A stretch of DNA of 35,970 nucleotides from Mollicutes bacterium (GTDB lineage: Bacteria > Bacillota_I > Bacilli_A > RF39 > UBA660). Where the stretch lies: positions 1-35,970 of the forward strand of contig JAAZBI010000099.1 of the NCBI GenBank assembly GCA_012513875.1. The letters are read 5' to 3'. A model generated the notes under the pieces. The model did not search any database. It saw nothing but the letters and a program-made list of their open reading frames with translations, and was not told the origin of the DNA. Of the stretch, positions 32,492 through 35,970 are shown piece by piece. The first letter of the stretch is position 1, and each line of letters starts with the position of its first letter. Both the position numbers and the translations under genes were made by a program.

Positions 32492-32502
32492 AAAAAAAAA
32501 AA
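32492..32502 (+). promoter_or_regulatory. A11 homopolymer leader directly 5' of the capsid ATG
   Basis: A run of 11 A's abuts the ATG at 32503, and there is no Shine-Dalgarno sequence. Confidence 0.6.
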
Positions 32503-33870
32503 ATGAAAAAGATCAATTTATTCAAAATCACTGTGAATATGTTTGGATTGCTTGCAGTACTGGCCGTTCTTACATTATTCTCAACCGTTCTGGCATTTGG
32601 CGGGACCGTCATATATGCCCTTACGGGCGCTGTTATTCAATCAGACCCGGTTACAGTAGAGGGAGTTAAAGAAGGCTCCCCTGAGCTGGATAAGAATTAT
32701 ATCAGCAAGAAAGTAACTCAAATGAAGCCTGCGGCTACACCTCTTGATACTATCATGAGGCAGATACCTAACCAGGTGGATTGTAAATCATTCGTATCTG
32801 AATATTATGCTGTTGACAGTCGTCCTTTCTTCGATACTGTAAACACTGCTTATGCAACATCAGATGACGGACAGCTTGTTGCTGACCTGAAAGTAAATAA
32901 TATTTCGATGTGGAGCGAAGATGATACTGCAATGTTTTATGGAGTAACAGGATCTGACGGTCTTGACCTGGTATGCTTTATTATCAGTAAGAATGTGTCT
33001 AACCAGACCATAAAGATACAGCCTCTTAATGGTGAAGCCGGATCAGGCGCTACAGACGGTGAGATGATACTGCCCGTTGCAGGTATTCCAAAAGATACCA
33101 GGATAGTCAGATGTGGGGCTTGTAAACACGAACTCGATGCTCAGACATCACCTTATGCTATCATCCCTGTAAAAGCAGAGAACTTCCTGCAGATATTTAT
33201 GGCACAGGTCGAAGAATCAACATTCCAGAAGATACATGAGAAAGAAGTTGATTGGGGGTTTAGTGACTATGAAGCACAGAACATATATGACATGAGAGCC
33301 ACTATGGAATTTAGCTTCCTCTTTGGGGTTAAATCCAAATTCTCCGATAACACCAATGCCAAAGAGAGATATACAACTGGTGGTGCTGTAAGGTATATAA
33401 CCAAATCCCTTGAATATGGAACTGGTGGAGCAGACAGGACAATAGACAACGCTACTTTTGTCGATTGGAACCAATCAATCTTCCAGGGCAATAGCGGATC
33501 AGATACCAGGATACTCTTCGGAGGAGATGGTCTTATGGCTAATCTGATGAAAGTTGATACTGTCCTGAAACAGATCGAGGCTAAAAGCACAGAAGTTGTT
33601 TATGGTATCCGTTTCAACAAGATCGAAACTAACCACGGCGTTCTCCTTTTCAAACGTCATCCGATGTTATCACTTGCCGGATGGAGCGAAAAGGGAATTG
33701 TCCTTGATCTCAACTATATAGAGAAACACACCTTCAAACCGATGGCAACACGTAAACTTTCCCTGAAAGAATCAGGACAGAGGAATGTTGATGCAGTCGT
33801 TATTGAAGAAACAACCGGCCTTATTCTCCGGTATCCCGACACTCACGCAATTATAACACCCGCTACTTAG
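32503..33870 (+). CDS. Major capsid protein
   Basis: 455 aa, in the expected position after the scaffold and followed by a strong hairpin. The segment SPELDKNYISKKVTQMKPAATPLDTIMRQI resembles N-terminal regions of HK97-fold capsid families (recalled from memory). The N-terminus is unusually hydrophobic (see findings). Confidence 0.65.
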   Translation: MKKINLFKITVNMFGLLAVLAVLTLFSTVLAFGGTVIYALTGAVIQSDPVTVEGVKEGSPELDKNYISKKVTQMKPAATPLDTIMRQIPNQVDCKSFVSEYYAVDSRPFFDTVNTAYATSDDGQLVADLKVNNISMWSEDDTAMFYGVTGSDGLDLVCFIISKNVSNQTIKIQPLNGEAGSGATDGEMILPVAGIPKDTRIVRCGACKHELDAQTSPYAIIPVKAENFLQIFMAQVEESTFQKIHEKEVDWGFSDYEAQNIYDMRATMEFSFLFGVKSKFSDNTNAKERYTTGGAVRYITKSLEYGTGGADRTIDNATFVDWNQSIFQGNSGSDTRILFGGDGLMANLMKVDTVLKQIEAKSTEVVYGIRFNKIETNHGVLLFKRHPMLSLAGWSEKGIVLDLNYIEKHTFKPMATRKLSLKESGQRNVDAVVIEETTGLILRYPDTHAIITPAT

Positions 33871-33884
33871 CACTCTGTAAAGGA

Positions 33885-33920
33885 AGGGGAGCAACCATAC
33901 TCCCCTATCCTTTATTATAT
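33885..33920 (+). terminator. Rho-independent terminator after the capsid gene
   Basis: The stem AGGGGAG (33885-33891) pairs with CTCCCCT (33900-33906). The loop is 8 nt, and a T-rich ATCCTTTATTAT follows. Confidence 0.55.
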
Positions 33921-33943
33921 AAACCAAATTAATAAATTATATT

Positions 33944-34450
33944 ATGGCCGTAACAAAAACTTATCAATCAATCCACTTTATCGAGCTTGATACTTATATC
34001 ATGGTAGGTGGAAACAAAAAGTTGGTCCAGTTCAGAGGCGGAAGCCTAAAACCGAGGATCATGGGCAGATACACAACAAAAGACCCTGATGAAATTGTTG
34101 CATTAGACAGGGCAGCAAGAAGGGCCGGAGCATCATTCAAATGTATAGCCACAGAGGGAGCCCCCGATGTAGTTGAATTACCCAGGCCGGGACCAAAACC
34201 CCCTGCTCCTCCCCCCAGACCAACAAAAGAACAGTCCGAACTTCAGGGAGAAGCACAAGACCAGGATGAGAGGGAAGATCTTACTGAGGCAACTGAAGGA
34301 CTAAAGTTAGTCCCGGAAGTGACTACTGTAAAAGCTGCAAGGGAATACCTTGCAAACAACATTGAGAGGTTGACCTTATCAAGACTCCCCAATCTTGCAG
34401 CCGTGAAAAACGCTGCAGAGAAGAACAATATTGCTTTCCCCAATCTTTAA
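33944..34450 (+). CDS. Hypothetical head-associated protein with a Pro-rich linker
   Basis: 168 aa with a central PRPGPKPPAPPPRP. The C-terminal VTTVKAAREYLANN...LPNLAAVKNAAEKNNIAF looks like a HeH/SAP-type helix pair. Confidence 0.45.
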   Translation: MAVTKTYQSIHFIELDTYIMVGGNKKLVQFRGGSLKPRIMGRYTTKDPDEIVALDRAARRAGASFKCIATEGAPDVVELPRPGPKPPAPPPRPTKEQSELQGEAQDQDEREDLTEATEGLKLVPEVTTVKAAREYLANNIERLTLSRLPNLAAVKNAAEKNNIAFPNL

Positions 34451-34492
34451 AATGTGGAACGGACAGGGTTAATAAATAAGGTAAAGATCAAA

Positions 34493-35068
34493 ATGGATGA
34501 GTACACCCCTGACGGGGTGGCTCTTCCCTTTGAAGAGACCATAGGGCCGATCCTTGACGAATGTGCAAGAGAGATCCTTGAGAAAACTCCTTTACCCCTG
34601 CTCACCCCTTCCATAATACCCTTTGAGGGGGTTATATATAAATCCGACAAGGCTTATATCCCTGTGCCCTCCGATTATGTAAGACTATATGAGATAAAAT
34701 TTCCTCTTTGGAAAAAATCTATCAGAAGGGCTATCTCAACACAGGATGACGAATACAAGATACAGGAAAACGAATACATAAAAGCAGGGTATAGCAGACC
34801 TGTTGTTGCTATTGTAACAACATCTCTGACTGCAGGGGATCCTCCCGGAAAATACTTTGAATGTGCAAAAGTACTAAGTGAAGGAGCCCCGACACCGATA
34901 GCCCTGTATGTTAAAACAGACAAACCAGAGAACCTTAATGATATACTATCTGATCCTCTTACGTGGCTCTGTGCCTCAAAAGTATTGGGAATAGTAAATC
35001 AGATAGATGCAGCAAAACTAGCCTATGATCAGTTCACCAGTTCAATGGAAGGGTTAGTTATAACATAG
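34493..35068 (+). CDS. Hypothetical structural-module protein
   Basis: I prefer the ATG at 34493 (MDEYTPDG) to the track's GTG at 34454. Confidence 0.5.
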   Translation: MDEYTPDGVALPFEETIGPILDECAREILEKTPLPLLTPSIIPFEGVIYKSDKAYIPVPSDYVRLYEIKFPLWKKSIRRAISTQDDEYKIQENEYIKAGYSRPVVAIVTTSLTAGDPPGKYFECAKVLSEGAPTPIALYVKTDKPENLNDILSDPLTWLCASKVLGIVNQIDAAKLAYDQFTSSMEGLVIT

Positions 35069-35092
35069 TAATAACAATTAAAAAACAAAGTC

Positions 35093-35632
35093 ATGCAATT
35101 AGGAATTGACATAAAACTCAAAAAATGGAATCCCCGGATTCTCTTCCGCTCGATTAAAAACAGCTTTTCGGCTTGGCTTGGGACAGATTACAGAAACTTT
35201 ACTCTTAACGATGATGTTTTCTCAGCCGTCAGGACCAGGAAAATTGTTATCGGTGCCCCTGGAGTTGCTGATTGTGATTACAATTTCGCATCAGCAGAAA
35301 ATCAATTAGAACAATCTATTAACCTGGGCATAAGGGTTAGTATGCTTGAGACACTTCTTGATGTTAAGATGTGGACCAGGGAGACACCTGCAGGAGCAGT
35401 CTCGTTTGCCACAAAGCTAGGAACCGCTTCAGGGGGAGCAGAGATAATAGCAAGCGGCGCATCTTACTCATCAAATACAGTAAGGCAGGCTATTATAGGA
35501 GATCTCGCCCCAGATTATGCTGGATCGCATTTCTATATCTCAGCCACACCTGGAGCTAATTGGGATCAGCTAACTCAAGGTAAGATTGAGATCCATTATA
35601 CTATCATTGAGCCTCTTATTCTTCAGTCGTAA
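35093..35632 (+). CDS. Hypothetical structural-module protein (179 aa)
   Basis: It is a packed ORF in the late block. Confidence 0.5.
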   Translation: MQLGIDIKLKKWNPRILFRSIKNSFSAWLGTDYRNFTLNDDVFSAVRTRKIVIGAPGVADCDYNFASAENQLEQSINLGIRVSMLETLLDVKMWTRETPAGAVSFATKLGTASGGAEIIASGASYSSNTVRQAIIGDLAPDYAGSHFYISATPGANWDQLTQGKIEIHYTIIEPLILQS

Positions 35633-35648
35633 TTGAATATACAAGGAG

Positions 35649-35970
35649 ATGGCAATAGTCTATGCAGGCAGTACGCCCCTCTATAATGCAACACTGTTCG
35701 ATAAAGATGGGGTACAACTTGATCCTTCTGATATAAGTAAGGTCATTGAGGTTAAGATATTTATCTATAATGCTATTACAGGAGCTATCATAGGTAAGTT
35801 CTATCTTAATGAGCTACCTGATGAGGGAGAAGGATGGATTAAGCTGCCTGCCCCAAAGACAATCAGTGCCGGGGATGTAAGAATCATATTGCCTCTTACC
35901 GCAGCACAGACAACGGCTGCCGAAGGGAATAGCAATGAGATCCAGATGAACGTACATATCGCTGATGCCG
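35649..35970 (+). CDS. Hypothetical protein, 5' part only (it runs off the window)
   Basis: The ATG at 35649 opens a frame that stays open to the end of the window (MAIVYAGSTPLYNATLFDKDG...). It is missing from the ORF track because there is no stop. Confidence 0.5.
   Translation, partial: MAIVYAGSTPLYNATLFDKDGVQLDPSDISKVIEVKIFIYNAITGAIIGKFYLNELPDEGEGWIKLPAPKTISAGDVRIILPLTAAQTTAAEGNSNEIQMNVHIADA

Noticed and set aside
35643-35648. AAGGAG upstream of the last ORF as a Shine-Dalgarno sequence.
   Set aside because: It abuts the ATG with zero spacing, which is too close to function as a Shine-Dalgarno sequence. It does not contradict the SD-less pattern.
1-35970. Stop-codon reassignment (TAG or TGA recoding), as reported for some gut phages.
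   Set aside because: Under the standard code, all late and early genes, including a 14.1-kb ORF, are intact and tightly abutting. TAA, TAG and TGA all appear as terminators at sensible gene ends.

Overview
This window reads as a segment of a tailed dsDNA bacteriophage genome. I saw no rRNA, tRNA, CRISPR array, integrase or reverse transcriptase. All calls rest on motif recognition by eye in the supplied ORF translations and on manual reading of the intergenic DNA. No searches or computations were run.

There are five transcription blocks:
(1) 1-2120 (+): three loosely spaced accessory genes (DUF3560-like, orphan DNA methyltransferase, MazG-like NTP pyrophosphohydrolase). The first two are followed, and the first is also preceded, by a related ~55-60-nt intergenic element.
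(2) 5451-2367 (-): an HTH protein plus an 869-aa protein.
(3) 5594-23423 (+): two small proteins, one 14.1-kb ORF encoding a 4,712-aa multi-enzyme 'polyvalent' protein, then the portal gene.
(4) 31342-23631 (-): a small protein, the large terminase, a PD-(D/E)XK+HTH endonuclease overlapping a second methyltransferase, SSB, NinB-like and HNH/NinG-like proteins, and several small membrane proteins. These genes are tightly packed, with ATGA/TAA-ATG overlaps.
(5) 31480 to the window end (+): a scaffold-like protein, the major capsid protein and further head-associated genes.

The giant ORF contains, in order: a pyrophosphatase-like module, an SNF2-type helicase, an N6-adenine methyltransferase, an active and a degenerate RadC/JAB domain, a zincin-like motif and a long C-terminal module with hydrophobic segments.

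Missing Shine-Dalgarno sequences, A-rich leaders and TAnnTTTG boxes point to a Bacteroidota host.

The best candidates for something new are:
- the giant polyvalent gene next to the portal, probably a virion-delivered counter-defence protein;
- a perfect 4.2 x 31-bp tandem array at the convergence point of two blocks;
- the repeat-delimited accessory cassettes at the left end;
- the endonuclease-methyltransferase pair beside terL.
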